This document shows positions 40,463 through 54,255 of a stretch of DNA of 64,000 bases, piece by piece. A model generated the notes under the pieces. That model did not search any database, had not been told where the DNA came from, and was given only the letters and a program-made list of their open reading frames with translations. Made by a program: the position numbers and the translations under genes. Numbering within the stretch: position 1 is the stretch's first letter; each line of letters starts with the position of its first letter. Origin of the DNA: Octopus vulgaris (Eukaryota); NCBI GenBank assembly GCA_951406725.2, contig OX597828.1:3286001-3350000 (forward strand), written 5' to 3'.

Positions 40463-43400
40463 TACCTTCATTGATTTATCCACCCACAGGTACACACATG
40501 TATCATACGTATCAGAAATTCTGTTGAAATATATAAAATATGTGAAAATCATTGAAGATAGAAACGAGTGTGATAATTTTGTTTTTAAATTAAGTTTAAA
40601 TGACGAGATCCTGGGTATTTTGCTCGTGACATTCGGCTGCAAATGTTATCTGAAAATGACTGAATCTCACTGGGTTGTTTTCCTTTTCGTTTTCTTGTAA
40701 TTACCGAGACATGGCGGTAGATTAGCTCGAGTCAGCTAAGTATAATGGCAAAGGTAACCTTTGATTAAACGCCATATATTATTTCATGTTTTATTTCGAT
40801 CGCTAATATTTATATATAATGCTTATACATACATACATACATACATACATACATACATACATACATACATACATACATACATCTTTCTTGACATAGATAC
40901 GAATACATACATAATGTATAGTATCATCTAAGAATAGGCGATTCTACAAAAATACGATTTACACAAAGGATATTGCGCATGTGATTAGCATGTGATTGTT
41001 GTTAAAACAATATACAATGGCAGCCATAGAAAATGTTGCTAGCAGCTATATAAGGTTAAGCAAATACATATCTCAGCTCAGCAAAAATTGGGGGTAGAAT
41101 CTTATAAAACATTTACAAAGCAAAAAATAAATAAATTTATAAATAAGAAAAATAAACAGAAACACACACACAAAATTGATGAACTGTTGTGTCAATAAGC
41201 TGTTTAAGGGTTGCTATTACTTGGGGTGGTTAATGTTATAAAGGTAGGACACATTAAGACATGCATTGAAGTTTGTATGTTCCTAGTGTATTACATGTTT
41301 GTATGTTCCTAGTGCGTGAACTGCTTTACATGTGTGAGAAATATTTTGATGCAGGTGTATTTGAATTTTGAAAGGGTGAAGAGAAAATTTATCCATCGGC
41401 TTTGAAAGGGAAACCAAACAGCATTGTTAATCTAGCGTATATGAAGAATGTGAGGTTGCTACTTGCACGTATTTGATACGATCAGGAACAAATGAATGGA
41501 AGCATTGCTACTTTGAAACGGTTTAAATTGGCCCTTTGATAGAAATTATATTATATGTTAACATCAGGAATTCATAGAATTTATATTTTCAATATATACA
41601 GATTAAATCTTGAAAATCTAATTCGTTACAAAAAAGGAATAAACAGAATCCTTTATTAAAGGATTTCAGAAATAGAAATATATTAAATAGATTTTAGAGA
41701 TCAGAGTCATACAAGGTCAGCTTCGAAAGTACCGTATAGTATCTACATAATTAAAAATCGAGTCACGAAAATGCTATATTCAATATATATGAGAATGCCT
41801 AGAAAAAAGCTTAAATTGAATCTTTATACCATATGATGTGAAAAACGCTTATCTGTATTTCTAGTTTCAGGTTTATATTCAGGAATGGTACTGTTTAATA
41901 AAATTCAATCTAACTTTTCTTCTAATCTATTTATATTTCAGAACTGAGCTTGCGCCATATTGTTTAGCTTGCAAAACAAAGATAAGATAAGGACCGATTT
42001 AGCGTTCGTTTTTCCTAGTTCCTTGATACTATCTTCACTTACCTTTATATTTAAATTTTGTAATTTTGCATTGTAAACAAAATAACAGCGGAAGGTTTAA
42101 AAGAATGTGTTTATATGTACAAAGGCACGCACGTATACACGTGCACACATGCACACATACACATACACTCGCGCACACACATTTGTGCTTGTGTGCATGC
42201 GCGTCTATGCGTCTATGTGTGCGTGTGTGTTTGTGTGTGCTCGTGTGCGTGGATTCCTGTATGTGTGTGTCTTCGTGTGTATAGGTAAATCATAAAATAT
42301 GCGTATATGTGCTTTTATAGATGTGTGCATTTGTGCGTGCACTTGCAAATACATAACTGTCTGGTTATAAAGTTTTCTTTTCGACCACGTAGTTTCTGGT
42401 TCAATTCTTCAGCCAGAAGCCTTGCGTAGCTATTTTCTACAATAGTTTCTACTATATGAGATTGGAATTTGGTTGAGAGTGGAATACTTAGTGACTAACA
42501 TCATGCTAAAGGTGAATACAGTAATATAGTTACCTTATAGTGCTTTCTTGAGGGTTGCATTACTCAAATCAATGAAAGAGTCACCTTTATTATCATACTG
42601 CTCCTATCTACTTTAAAGATGAGCTATTACGGATTTCTGAATAGCTTGTATGACTTTTTGTGGAAATTAGAAGAGCCTAAATTTCACAGACAAACTTGGT
42701 CTTGATTCCCAAACACAGGACAAATTAATTAGGCTTTGATGTAATTATTTCGTTTCTTGAAGGTGTTAGTTAAGTCAACTGATAAGCAAAACTTCACTGA
42801 ACAACCAACCAGTTCAGACGCTCCAATATGCTATATCGTACATTGTTATGTTGTTGTTCATATGAACTGAGTATGCTTGATACTATTAACGTGGTAACCC
42901 ACAATCTGATTTAACAACTGCCTCCCCTTCTTTTATTATTTTTGTATCACTTCCAAATTACTGAGCAGTTTCGTTCAATGCTGCAACTTCTTTCACGGTT
43001 GGATTCAATGAAATACTTCAAAGGAACGTTTTGCATAATAAATACATATATTTCTCTCGTATCAGATCTCCTTCAGTGAAGCATATTTCAGTTAGCCGGA
43101 TTAAGAGGTGTTGTTTAACTATTATCCACAATTGTTGGATGACAGATAGAACTCCCCACACCCGCCATCACCTTCATGCAATGACAACCGGATCCGATAT
43201 CGATATCAAATCAAGTCATTAAATATTTCTTGAAACAACAACGAAGCCTTTACTTACTGCTGCATTTACGCAACCATATTTTCCTGAAGCCACAGCCAGT
43301 TTGACAAAAGGTCGGATGATATAGTCTTAGATATATGATGCATGACAATTAGACCGGATGATTATGATTGAAAGGCTATTGATCATTAATCTGCTCCATT

Positions 43401-44589
43401 TGTGCTTATCTGGGATTGAATGATAATATGATTGCTTATATTTTGCCTTTAGAGAGTGTCTTGGAGTAGAAATGGAAATGCTTGTAGTTCTAGAGCTTTT
43501 TGAACTTTATTTGTGCCTCAAAAACACTCAAATGTAATCAAACGGGCAATTAAAATATCTTAAACTCTATTCCTCATTTGCGACTCAGTTCCTTAGTAAG
43601 CTATAACCCAATGAATACCGCACGACTTGTTACAAATAGCATACAAAGTCGCTCAAAACATACTCTATTATCTTTAAAAAGGAAGGACACACCAGGAAAA
43701 GTAATTGTAGATGAGAGGAGCATACCTAGAATGTTATACATTTTAGGTCTGCTAAATCAGTGACGCACTAAACTCCAGTAAACATCTGTTAAATACCTGA
43801 TCATTAATATTGGTTTCTTTTGATTAAGTAAATTAAATTATTTAGTTGAGGAAATGTGCTGCTCTCTTGTTTCCGCCATTTTCGTGGAAATTATTTATGT
43901 TTTCTTTGAATTCTCTTCTTATTCGGAAAATTTAGCTTCAGTGACTTAACCATTTGACCTGGTCCTTAGAAACTCCCTGAGTTTGCCCCTTCCTAGATCC
44001 ATTTTTCTCAATTCACCTTCATCAGTTGTTCTTTGACCGTCTAGGCTCTTGTTTTCTAGCAGGTGTTCATACTAATGCTACTTTGGTATCTTTCCACAAT
44101 CCATTTTGAGTGTTATCATAGATGCCAGTGCTTTATTTCAGGAAACAGACCACTGTAATCAGTTTCGGGATGCAGCTCTTCATCTGAAACTTCATTCAGC
44201 AAGAAGACGTGACAGATGTCGCCAAGGGATCTGTTTACCTTTTATCTTTTACCACTGGCCGTAATTATGATCCATTTAATAGGAATTATTTGACCAATTC
44301 GTGGTTCTAAGGCAGTATTACATAGATTTCCAGATCTATTGTTGTCTTGTGAACGCCACATGTGCGTTCGAAAGGCTTCCTTGGGTTACACATGTTTGCC
44401 CATTTGACTTTTGTCAACGAACGTCTCGCTCCATAGAACTAATTTTGATAGGAAAATAAAACAGGGAGCTCTTTAGTGGACTTGAGCCAGGCAACAGACC
44501 GAATAATTATCTATAACCAAATCCTCTACGGAGCTACAGTTACGAAAGTTAGTCTGCATGGACCTAAAACTAAAACACATGTAGGCGGA

Positions 44590-44634
<45 letters not shown>

Positions 44635-45664
44635 TATATGTATATGCACGCCACTATTTGCAAATACTCCACACACACACAAACCAACACACACACAAAT
44701 ACACACATCTGTGTGGTTTTCTCAAAATTTCCGTTTACCAAATTCCAGTTAAAATTTGTTGAGATATGATAGTTAGAATCTACCGAAAGTGCTGGGCACT
44801 GGGTTCGAACCTGGGACCAAGTATTTCTGAAGAAAATTTCTTAAACACGCAGTTATGCCAGTTCCTTGTCCATAAAACACCTGACATTTTTTTCGAGATT
44901 CTAGGCACTAATTTCTTTGTTTTTCAAACCAATTAATATTTCTGATGCTACACTCAAGAATGGAAAGTCTTCCATAGATATTTATTCGCACAAATCGTTG
45001 GTGTTATTCTAAGATAGTTTCCCTCCAGCTGTTTAATAAATAATATCAAGATATCACGATTCACATGTATTTAATATGTAACCATTATAGCATTGCTGAG
45101 GTTGAGTACTGGAAGATTCTTTTTTGAGTTTTGTTACTCTTTCACAAAGCATGACATTGAATATATATGCACTCTCTCAACTAAATCGAAAGTTAAAAAC
45201 ACAAACGAAGAGCAACAAAAGTTAACAAAAAGAAATAACTACGGTAAATGTATACAAACAACAGAAAATAAACGAAAATAAGCAAATATGCATTTTGGAG
45301 CGTAGGGTAGAATATTTTCAATCAAAAAGCAATTTCGGCGACTATTTGACTGGATAATGTAACCATCACATGTTTCCTGGACCTTAGCGTTATTAATGGT
45401 TCCTTTGCAGAATATTACGTAAAAGAGCAGGTTGTGCTGTAAAGATAATTCAATATTGCGAACATGGTATTGATTGTAATATGTGCAAAGTGTGTGCAAT
45501 GGAGAAACCCCTCAGCAGAATAAAGGAAAAGAGCAAAAAGGAAGAAGAGGAATGAAAAGGCAGCACTGTTTTTACTGACGTGTTTGTGTTATTGTGTGTA
45601 TAAGTATCTGTTTGCATTTGTGTTTGTACGTTTCTGTGTGTGTGTTTGTGTTTCTGCGTGCGTG

Positions 45665-45718
<54 letters not shown>

Positions 45719-45748
45719 CGTGCATTTGTGTGTGTGTGTGTGTGCGTG

Positions 45749-45803
<55 letters not shown>

Positions 45804-45957
45804 TTTTCTCTCATGTGCGAACCGTTACTGAAAAACAATATTGTTTTTATTTAAAGGTTAATGTTATTGCATCAGTGATTGGTTTTTATGTTTACATCGA
45901 TATCACTATAAACAGACACAAAGCACCTACGTTATATACACATACATACATACATAG

Positions 45958-45990
<33 letters not shown>

Positions 45991-46216
45991 TATATACATA
46001 CATATATATATATATATACAGGCATAGATACAAATACATGCACGTTCACACTCATACAGGCAACGAAGAGACACATACACATGTAAAGAATCTGTCAATT
46101 ACAATCGCACCGATATTCATACACTCACACATTATAACTACATACATATACACGCACACACAAATATACTTACATGTCTGTATGCGTGTAGATATGAATA
46201 TCTGTATGTATGTATG

Positions 46217-46250
<34 letters not shown>

Positions 46251-46636
46251 TGTATGTATGTATATATATATACATATATTGTTTATATACATATAAAATG
46301 TGTGTGTGTGTAGCAACGGTTATGCAGCCATTTAATCATAAATGCTTATGAAAGGTAATCTACGCAAAACCAGGCTCTGGTATTCTTTCATCTCATGATT
46401 TTGTTATGAGTAAATTTGTGTAAAGAAAATCCGATTTCATGCTAAGAACGGTCTAGATCGGGTTTATCTCCGCTAACAATATCCTATTTGCTTTCATTTT
46501 AACCTATATGCACACACACATATATATCAGTGCTTACATAAGGACGGACACACGTACACATATATATACATACACTTATGTATATATATATCTTCATTTA
46601 TTTATCTATTTATTTGTACACATATACATAAATACA

Positions 46637-46689
<53 letters not shown>

Positions 46690-46966
46690 CTGTACGTACA
46701 TTTATACACACACACATGTATATGTATATTGTATATTCGTATGTGTGTATTTTCGTACATACATAGATACATACATTCACACTCTACCAATGATATTTAT
46801 CTTGGCTTTTTCTTAGATGATTCCATAACGATAACACTCTTCTTCTGCGTGTGTTACGCATATTCTTCATTGAAAGCCGCGTTAGAAGTTCAATCCCTCC
46901 AATGTTGTTGATGTTCAATATATACCTACGTGAATACATACCTTTGCACAAACAAGCACAGACACA

Positions 46967-47031
<65 letters not shown>

Positions 47032-47071
47032 ACACACACACATACACACACATACACACATACACACACAC

Positions 47072-47563
47072 ATATTGTTGTATTTAGGAATGGCCAGTTT
47101 ACCAGTTTAGCCAATAAAAACACACGCACTATATATTTGGTGTTACTTTGTTTCAGCGTTATTTATTTTTTACATTAATCTCATTTCGGCCAGAGTTCTT
47201 TCGTCACACTCTTGTGACCGCATCAGTGGTCCTTTGCTTTCTTCTTTCTTATTTGTGTGTCTCTCCTTACTAACCGTCAGCCATTTTGTATTTCTCTTGT
47301 ATGTGTCTTCATTTGCACATGCGTATATCTCTATGTGCGTCTATGCTTAGTTAGTGTGTGTGTGTGTGTGTGTGTGGGGGGGGATGCCTGTAATATTTGT
47401 ATCTCCTGTTTATACAGGAGTGTGACGAAAGAACTCTGGCCGAAATGAGATTAAGATTAATGTAAAAAATAAAAAACGCCGAAGCAAAGTAACACTAAAT
47501 ATATAGTGCATGTGTTTTTATTGGCTAAACTGGCAAAATGACCATTCCTATATGCAACAATAT
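47072..47563. repeat. Inverted repeat C (arms 47072-47211 and 47418-47563) of an HHR-bearing element
   Basis: atattgttg...ttctttcgtcacactc is mirrored by gagtgtgacgaaagaa...caacaatat. Confidence 0.9.
47188..47232 (-). ncRNA. Type I hammerhead-like motif (A9>C)
   Basis: Minus strand: ggacca CTGATGC g gtcac-aagagt-gtgac GAAA gaac TC tggcc. Confidence 0.55.
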
Positions 47564-47649
47564 CTGTTTCAACACACGATCTCACATCAAAAATCTTGTA
47601 AAACAAACAATATATATATTATCTGTTAACAAATATATATTATCTGTTT

Positions 47650-48005
47650 CTGATTGTAAATTGCGGCTATGCTAGAGCACTGATTTGAAGAATTTTTAAT
47701 CGAATGAGTCGATCCCAGTACTTCATAGCTTTTGTAAAGTTTGGTACTTAACCTGTTGATTCCTTTTGACGATCCGTTTTTGCCGATTCGCTTCTGTGAC
47801 GTTAACACACCAACACAGGTTGTCAAGCGATGGTAGGGGACAAACTCAAAGACACACAGACACACATATATACAGCGAAATTCTTCCTGTTTCTGTCTAC
47901 GAAATCCACTCAAAGCTTTGGGCATCTTGCCCATAGTTCCACTCAGTGGGACTGAACCCGAAACCATGTGGTTAGGATGCAAGCTGTTTACCACACAGCC
48001 ATGCC
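47650..48005 (-). mobile_element. SINE family A
   Basis: cagtgggactgaacccgaaaccatgtggttagg...accacacagccatgcct head on the minus strand. Confidence 0.8.
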
Positions 48006-48123
48006 TACACACGGGCACACATACACACATACACACATACATATATGAGTCTGTGTGAATATATGTGCTTGTAAGCGTATATGCAGACACACATATAGAA
48101 ATAAAGATAAATATATATGTATG

Positions 48124-48176
<53 letters not shown>

Positions 48177-48611
48177 ATCTATGTATGTGTGTGTGTGTGT
48201 GTGTGCGTGCGTGCTACATATAGATTTCACACTCAAACACTTCTTTTACCAACGATTTCAAAACCGTCAGACAGTAATGTGTCGTCAAGAGGTGAAGAGC
48301 AAGGATTGTCTGGGTTCTTTTTATCCCCCCCCACACACTCTCTTAAATGCTTACAGCTTCAAACGCGAGAATAAGTATAGAATGCAAAATAACAGATCTT
48401 ATTTAATTTTTTCCTAGTTGCTCGTTTAGGCTTTATCGAGTATGCATCACCTTGATAATGGCTGGATGTGTTTATCACGCGAAATTCCGATCAACTATGG
48501 TGAGAATCATCAACGTTATACTTGCATGTATACATACATGTGTACATACACAAATACATGCGCACAAATATACATACGTGCATACAAATACATATATGTA
48601 TATTTATATAT

Positions 48612-48770
48612 GTGGAGGCACAATAACCCAGTGGTTAGGGCAGCGAACTCGGAGGATTGCGGTTTCGATTCCCAGACCGGGCGTTGGGCGTGTTTATTGA
48701 GCGAAAACGTCTAAAGCTTCACGACGCCCCGGGAATGGGCGGTGACGACCCCTGTTGTACTCTTTCACCC
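48612..48770 (+). mobile_element. SINE family D, 5' part
   Basis: Homologous to 34253-34420. Confidence 0.8.
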
Positions 48771-48771
48771 A

Positions 48772-48835
48772 GATTCTGTGGTGGAGTGGTTATCACGTCT
48801 GCTTTACATGCAGAATGTCGTGAGTTCGAACCTCT
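48772..48835 (+). pseudogene. tRNA-Val(TAC) pseudogene, 3' acceptor strand lost
   Basis: gattctgtggtggagtggttatcacgtctgctTTACatgcagaatgtcgtgagttcgaacctc; anticodon stem tctgc/gcaga, TAC at 48805-48807, T-loop gttcgaa. Confidence 0.8.
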
Positions 48836-49095
48836 GAAAGTTTAATTTTTAGGCGTAAGCGTGGCTGTGGGGTAAGAAGCTTGCTTCTCAAACTCATGGT
48901 TTCAAATTCACTTGCTATAGTAGAAGACACTTGCCGAAGGTGCCACGCACTGACAACTTGGGCAAGTGTCCTCTACCATATCCTCGGGTCGAACAACACT
49001 GTGAGGCTGACGGAAACTGAAAGAAGCCCGTCGTATGTATATATATATAAATATATAATAAAACAAGAAATGGAGTGTGTAATAAACTTTATTGG

Positions 49096-49137
49096 GTACA
49101 ACACATGTTTCAACCCGTTCAGGGTTTCTTAGGGTAC
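49096..49137 (-). ncRNA. Decayed type I hammerhead
   Basis: Minus strand: gtac CCTAAGA aaccc-tgaac-gggtt GAAA catgtg TT gtac; stems intact, core G5 lost. Confidence 0.5.
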
Positions 49138-49406
49138 ATTAATAAAAAGTTTCACTGTGGATTTCTTGAGTCGGCTTACCTACCGCTATATGTACATCAA
49201 ATTCCAAAATGGGAAATTAGAGAGAAAAATTATTGAAACGCAAAAAAGTCAAATGTGAACGTGGAAAGTACACATTCTAGTTTAGGGAAAATGCCGTAAT
49301 GAGCTTTCGGTGTTGTAACTGTTAGGAGAAAGAAAAGGAAGTAGTAGTTGAAAGGAAGATAATACTTAGACGAAAATGTTTTTGTGTTCGTGCTTAGACT
49401 CATACA

Positions 49407-49442
<36 letters not shown>

Positions 49443-49464
49443 TACATATACATATATATATATA

Positions 49465-49585
<121 letters not shown>

Positions 49586-49734
49586 CGTATTTTTGCCATT
49601 TCAATATGGCTAACCCCTAAGGGTGGAAGCTACTGTAGTTTTTAGCCCCAGGAGGACACACTCCTCCAGCTGGCCATAGACACACTATCTGTGTCCTGTC
49701 AGTATTTGCAAAGGGAAGTCATCCTTCCCGTCTT

Positions 49735-49804
49735 CAACTTATGATACACACGGACTCGAGTTTCGAGGTATTGACCTCTCGTCAGCGTGTGACAATCATA
49801 GTTG
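49735..49804 (-). ncRNA. Type I hammerhead ribozyme, full consensus
   Basis: cacacg CTGACGA gaggt-caat-acctc GAAA ctcgag TC cgtgtg (49791-49747); stem I extends via tatgat/atcata and caac/gttg; predicted cut between 49753 and 49752. Confidence 0.93.
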
Positions 49805-50086
49805 TCGCCGAGAATTAGATTTCCTTCACAAATACTTATACTTTTTCCAGCGTCCACTGTCGCTGATATTGAAAAAGTGAAATCAAACAATGATAAATAT
49901 CAAAGTGAGTTATATACAGTAGCGGTAACACATCCTGACGTATTTTTGCCATTTCAATATGGCTAACCCCCAAGGGTGGATGCTACTGTAGTTTTTAGCC
50001 CCAGGAGGACACACTCCTCCAGCTGGCCATAGACACACTATCTGTGTCCTGTCAGTATTTGCAAAGGAAGTCATCCTTCCCGTCTT

Positions 50087-50156
50087 CAACTTATGATACA
50101 CACGGACTCGAGTTTCGAGGTATTGACCTCTCGTCAGCGTGTGACAATCATAGTTG
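50087..50156 (-). ncRNA. Type I hammerhead ribozyme, identical second copy
   Basis: Same motif at 50143-50099; predicted cut between 50105 and 50104. Confidence 0.93.
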
Positions 50157-50571
50157 TCGCCGAGAATTAGATTTCCTTCACAAATACTTATACTTTTTCC
50201 AGCGTCCACTGTCGCTGATATTGAAAAAGTGAAATCAAACAATGATAAATATCAAAGTGAGTTATATACAGTAGCGGTAACACATCGTGACGTATATATA
50301 TATATATATATATAGGTATTGACCTCTCGTCAGCGTGTGACAATCATAGTTGTATATCACAAATACTTATACTTTTTCCACGTCCACTGTCGCTGATATT
50401 GAAAAAGTGAAATCAAACAATGATAAATATCAAAGTGAGTTATATACAGTAGCGGTACATCGGGCATCATGAAATGTGTACAACAAAAAATACGAAGCAG
50501 GAGTACATGGAACATGAACTATTCGTGCATTTACATACAGATTTCACGCTCAAACACTTCTTTCACCAACT

Positions 50572-50574
<3 letters not shown>

Positions 50575-50633
<59 letters not shown>

Positions 50634-50810
50634 TAATGTGTGTGTGGCTTTGTTTCTGTGTTTGTGTCCCCCCACAACCGATGCACCCTAGCAGTTCGGT
50701 AAAGGAGCTTGATGGAATAAGTACTAGGCTTACAAGGAATTAGTTCTGGGCTCGATTGCGTCGACTAAAAACTTTAAGGCGCTGCTCCAGCATGGCAGCT
50801 GTCAAAATGA

Positions 50811-50856
<46 letters not shown>

Positions 50857-51030
50857 TAATGTGTGTGTGGCTTTGTTTCTGTGTTTGTGTCCCCCACAAC
50901 CGATGCACCCTAGCAGTTCGGTAAAGGAGCTGATGGAATAAGTACTAGGTACAAGGAATTAGTTCTGGGCTCGATTGCGTCGACTAAAAACTTTAAGGCG
51001 CTGCTCCAGCATGGCAGCTGTCAAAATGAC
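50575..51030 (+). repeat. Tandem duplication (about 220-237 bp) of a SINE family A tail
   Basis: Copies 50575-50811 and 50812-51030 differ only in microsatellite length and 1-2 nt deletions. Confidence 0.85.
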
Positions 51031-51312
51031 TGGAACAAGTAAAAGAAAAAAGACCATGTATATATATACATAATCTTTTTTCTTTTTCCTGTTAGTATTT
51101 TGCTTTTTTCAGTCATTTTGATTGTGGCCATCCTGGACCACCACCTTGAGGGGTTTTAGTCGGACAAATCAGGTCAGGGACTTATTTCTTAAGCTTAGTA
51201 CTTATTCTATCGGTATTATCTACCAAGTTACGGGAACGTAAACACAAGTGGTTATGGGAGGGGCGCAAACAGATACCAGGATGTGAAGATGCAAGGGTAT
51301 ATTATCCTTCAC

Positions 51313-51366
51313 CTCCGACGAGATTCAACTTTAATTTCTAAACTTTTGAATCGAAACAGCTGTCAG
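51313..51366 (+). ncRNA. Hammerhead-like motif with weak stem I
   Basis: ct CCGACGA gattcaa-17 nt-ttgaatc GAAA cagctg TC ag; palindromic stem III ACAGCTGT. Confidence 0.6.
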
Positions 51367-51579
51367 AAATATTGTCCAATTTTGTAATTAATAAATAACT
51401 ATTAATTTAATTTAATTATCTCTATTTTCTTATTTTCTTAAACATATATATAAACCCCGGTTTATCCAGTTACCTTACAGTTCAATATTAAGCGTAATAT
51501 TCAACACTTTGGATTTTATTTTTCCTTATGGAGATTTTAAACCTTTAATAGAAGTATATATATATATAAATATATATAT

Positions 51580-51962
51580 TCTTTTATTTGTTTCAGTCAT
51601 TTGACTGCGACCATGCTGGAGCACTGCCTTTAGTCGCACAAATTGACCCAAGACTTATCCTTTGTGAGCCTGGTACTTATTTTATCGGTCTCTTTTGCAG
51701 AAACCGGTAATTAACGGGAACGCAAACACACCAACATCGGTTGTCAAGCGATGGAGGGGGGACAAGTACAGATACAAAGACAGACAATGATATATATACA
51801 TATACGATGGGCGTCTTTCATTTTCCGTCTACGAAATCCACTCACAAGACTTTGGTTGGCCCGAGGCTATAGTAGAAGACACTTGCCCAAGGTGTCACAC
51901 AGTGAGACTGAACCCGGAACCATGTGGTTGGGAAGCAAACTTCTTATCGCACAACCACGCCT
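51580..51962 (-). mobile_element. SINE family A, full length
   Basis: Complete head to tail; further pieces at 48851-49035, 51095-51270, 55890-56200, 60395-60436, 61500-61710 and 62620-62755. Confidence 0.85.
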
Positions 51963-53282
51963 AGGAGGGGGTACCCAAAAGAAACCGGAATTTTGGAATA
52001 GTATTTTATTCACTTAGTTTTACATGTTTACACTTTTATCGCCTTCAAATTATTCTCCATTTCAAGCAATGCATCAGTCTAGATGAGTTTTTACTGTCCG
52101 ATGCAATCCAGGAACCCTTGCGAAGGGATGCCTATAAACGCCTCCGTCGTTTTTTCTTCTCCTGTACCACATCTGCGAAACGTTTTCCTTTAAAGACTCT
52201 TTTCATTCGTGGGAACAAAAAAGTCACAGGAAGCAAGAACGGGTGAATAGGGATGATGAGTAAGCGGGGTTATGCCATTTTATGTAAAAAAATCTGTCTT
52301 ACACTCAAGGCGGTTTGCGCAGGCGTTTTGTCGTGATGGAACCACTGGTCTCCACTTTGCCACAGGTCGGGGCGTTTTCACCTCACAGCGTCTCGCAAAC
52401 CGTTCAGGACTGCCAATTAAAATGTCTGGTTGACAGTTTGATCAAGTGGAACACATTCTGTGTGAACAACTCCTTTCGCATCGATGAAACAACTCAGCGT
52501 CACCTTGGCACTGGACTTCATTTGACGCGCTTTTTTAAAGCATGGTAACATTGAATGTTCTCATTGACTTGGTTGCAGCTCCATTTCTGGATCGCAGCTG
52601 TAGTATCAGTTTTCGTCACCAGTAATAACCTTCGAAGAGAGGTCCGGGTCAACTTTCAACTGTTCCTTCAGTTTACGACACGTATTCAGTCGTGACTACT
52701 TTTGATCTTCCGTGAGTAAACGAGGCACAAATTTTGCTGCAACTCTTTTCATTTGCAATTCTTCGCTCAAAACTCGTTTGCAGGAGCTCCAGGACACACA
52801 AATTATATCAACAAGCTCGTCAATTGTTCGGTGACGGTCCTTCAAGATTACTTTATACATTTTCGTCATGTTTTCATTCGTTCAGGAGGCCAACGGAGGC
52901 CCTGAATGAGGTTGGCTTTCAAGCAACAAGTGACAATTCCTAAAGCGTGAAAACCGCTAGAAAACTTGTGTTTTGCTTATGGCAGCTTCTTTGTAAGCTG
53001 TTTGAAGCATGAAAAGTTTTTCGGCGTCTGTCATCCCCCAGCAGAAAACGGAAATTCACGGAGAAACGCTGTTCCTTCGTTTCAGCCATCGCAAAAATCG
53101 ACGAAGAGAAGAGAAGCACTGCAAAACAAAGACGCATCGCGCGGCCGTACGACAGCGCTCCATAACGTTGGTTGACAGACTGATGCCTGAGGGTTGCATC
53201 AAGTAGCTTCTACCGGTGGAAGCCTGAACTACAACAGGCTTGTTCCACAGAGAACGTTTCCGGTTACTTCTGTGTACTTCCT
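51963..53282 (-). mobile_element. Decayed full-length mariner (about 1.3 kb)
   Basis: Degenerate TIRs aggagggggtacccaaaagaaaccggaa / ttccggttacttctgtgtacttcct; remnants MAETKEQRFSVNFRFLLG, LTEDQK, KVITGDE, KKARQMKS. Confidence 0.8.
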
Positions 53283-53578
53283 AGAAAGTTACCCTCCGAG
53301 GCACAAGTCCGGGCAAGGTTGTTTGTGGAAAGCCAGCAGTCGCCCATGCATACTAGCCTCTCTTCTCCACATCACTGATGTTATTCAAGGGAAAGGCAAA
53401 GGCTGATACAGCTTGGCACCACTGACGACGCAACCCATTTCTACAGCAGAGGGAACTGGAGCAATGTGAAATAAAGTGCCTTGTTCAAGAATACAACACG
53501 CAGCTCCGTCCGGGAATCAAACTCACAACCTCACGATCGTAAGTTCGACGCTCTAACCACTGAACCATGCGCCTTCAC
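53280..53578 (-). mobile_element. SINE family B
   Basis: Reverse complement of 5444-5740. Confidence 0.85.
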
Positions 53579-53587
53579 CGTGTATAT

Positions 53588-53618
<31 letters not shown>

Positions 53619-54223
53619 AATGTATGTATGTATGTAAGTATGTATGTGCGTGTGTGTGTATGTATTTATAGAATACTTACATATATCAGATGTAATCTAA
53701 CATATACTAGAATATATAGTAAGTATCAGTTTATTCAAAACTGATTTATTTGCTAACTGTAATATCATTAGTGTAGGAAAGAAATATACATATTGAAGGA
53801 AACTAGCTCTGAGTCTTTGTTTTTTATCGGTAGAGAGCACTCTCCGTACAGCAGGTGACGTGCGCATGGAAGGTGGTACAACTTGTTGGTAGTAATGTCT
53901 TTGCTTTTTCATCGGTAGCAACATGGAACAGCCAAAAGCTATATTTAAAATTTATATGAACATGACATTTTCTCGCACCACTCAGATTGAAAGTGAGCAA
54001 TGAAATCCACAGGTGCATCTAATGCAAATTAATATATATATATATTGTAACATTCATTTTCTTACCTCTTCGAGTATTTTGCTTGTATATCCATATACAT
54101 TAGATTACATTATCCAAAATTTGATATACGATGTGATAGCCATTACGTAATAGTTGCTGTGTGAGGATTATACACACTCGCACGTATATATATGTCTACA
54201 CGGGGTAGTGCATTGTAGTTGTG

Positions 54224-54255
<32 letters not shown>

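Noticed and set aside
43930-44440. Very decayed RTE/L2-like 3' fragments on the minus strand
   Set aside because: Motif resemblance (YGA.., VSDEEL) is too weak to annotate without a search.
49699-50242. Duplicated 63-aa and 110-aa ORFs in the tandem unit
   Set aside because: TTG starts, a frame-changing indel between copies and no motif; conservation is explained by the RNA structure.
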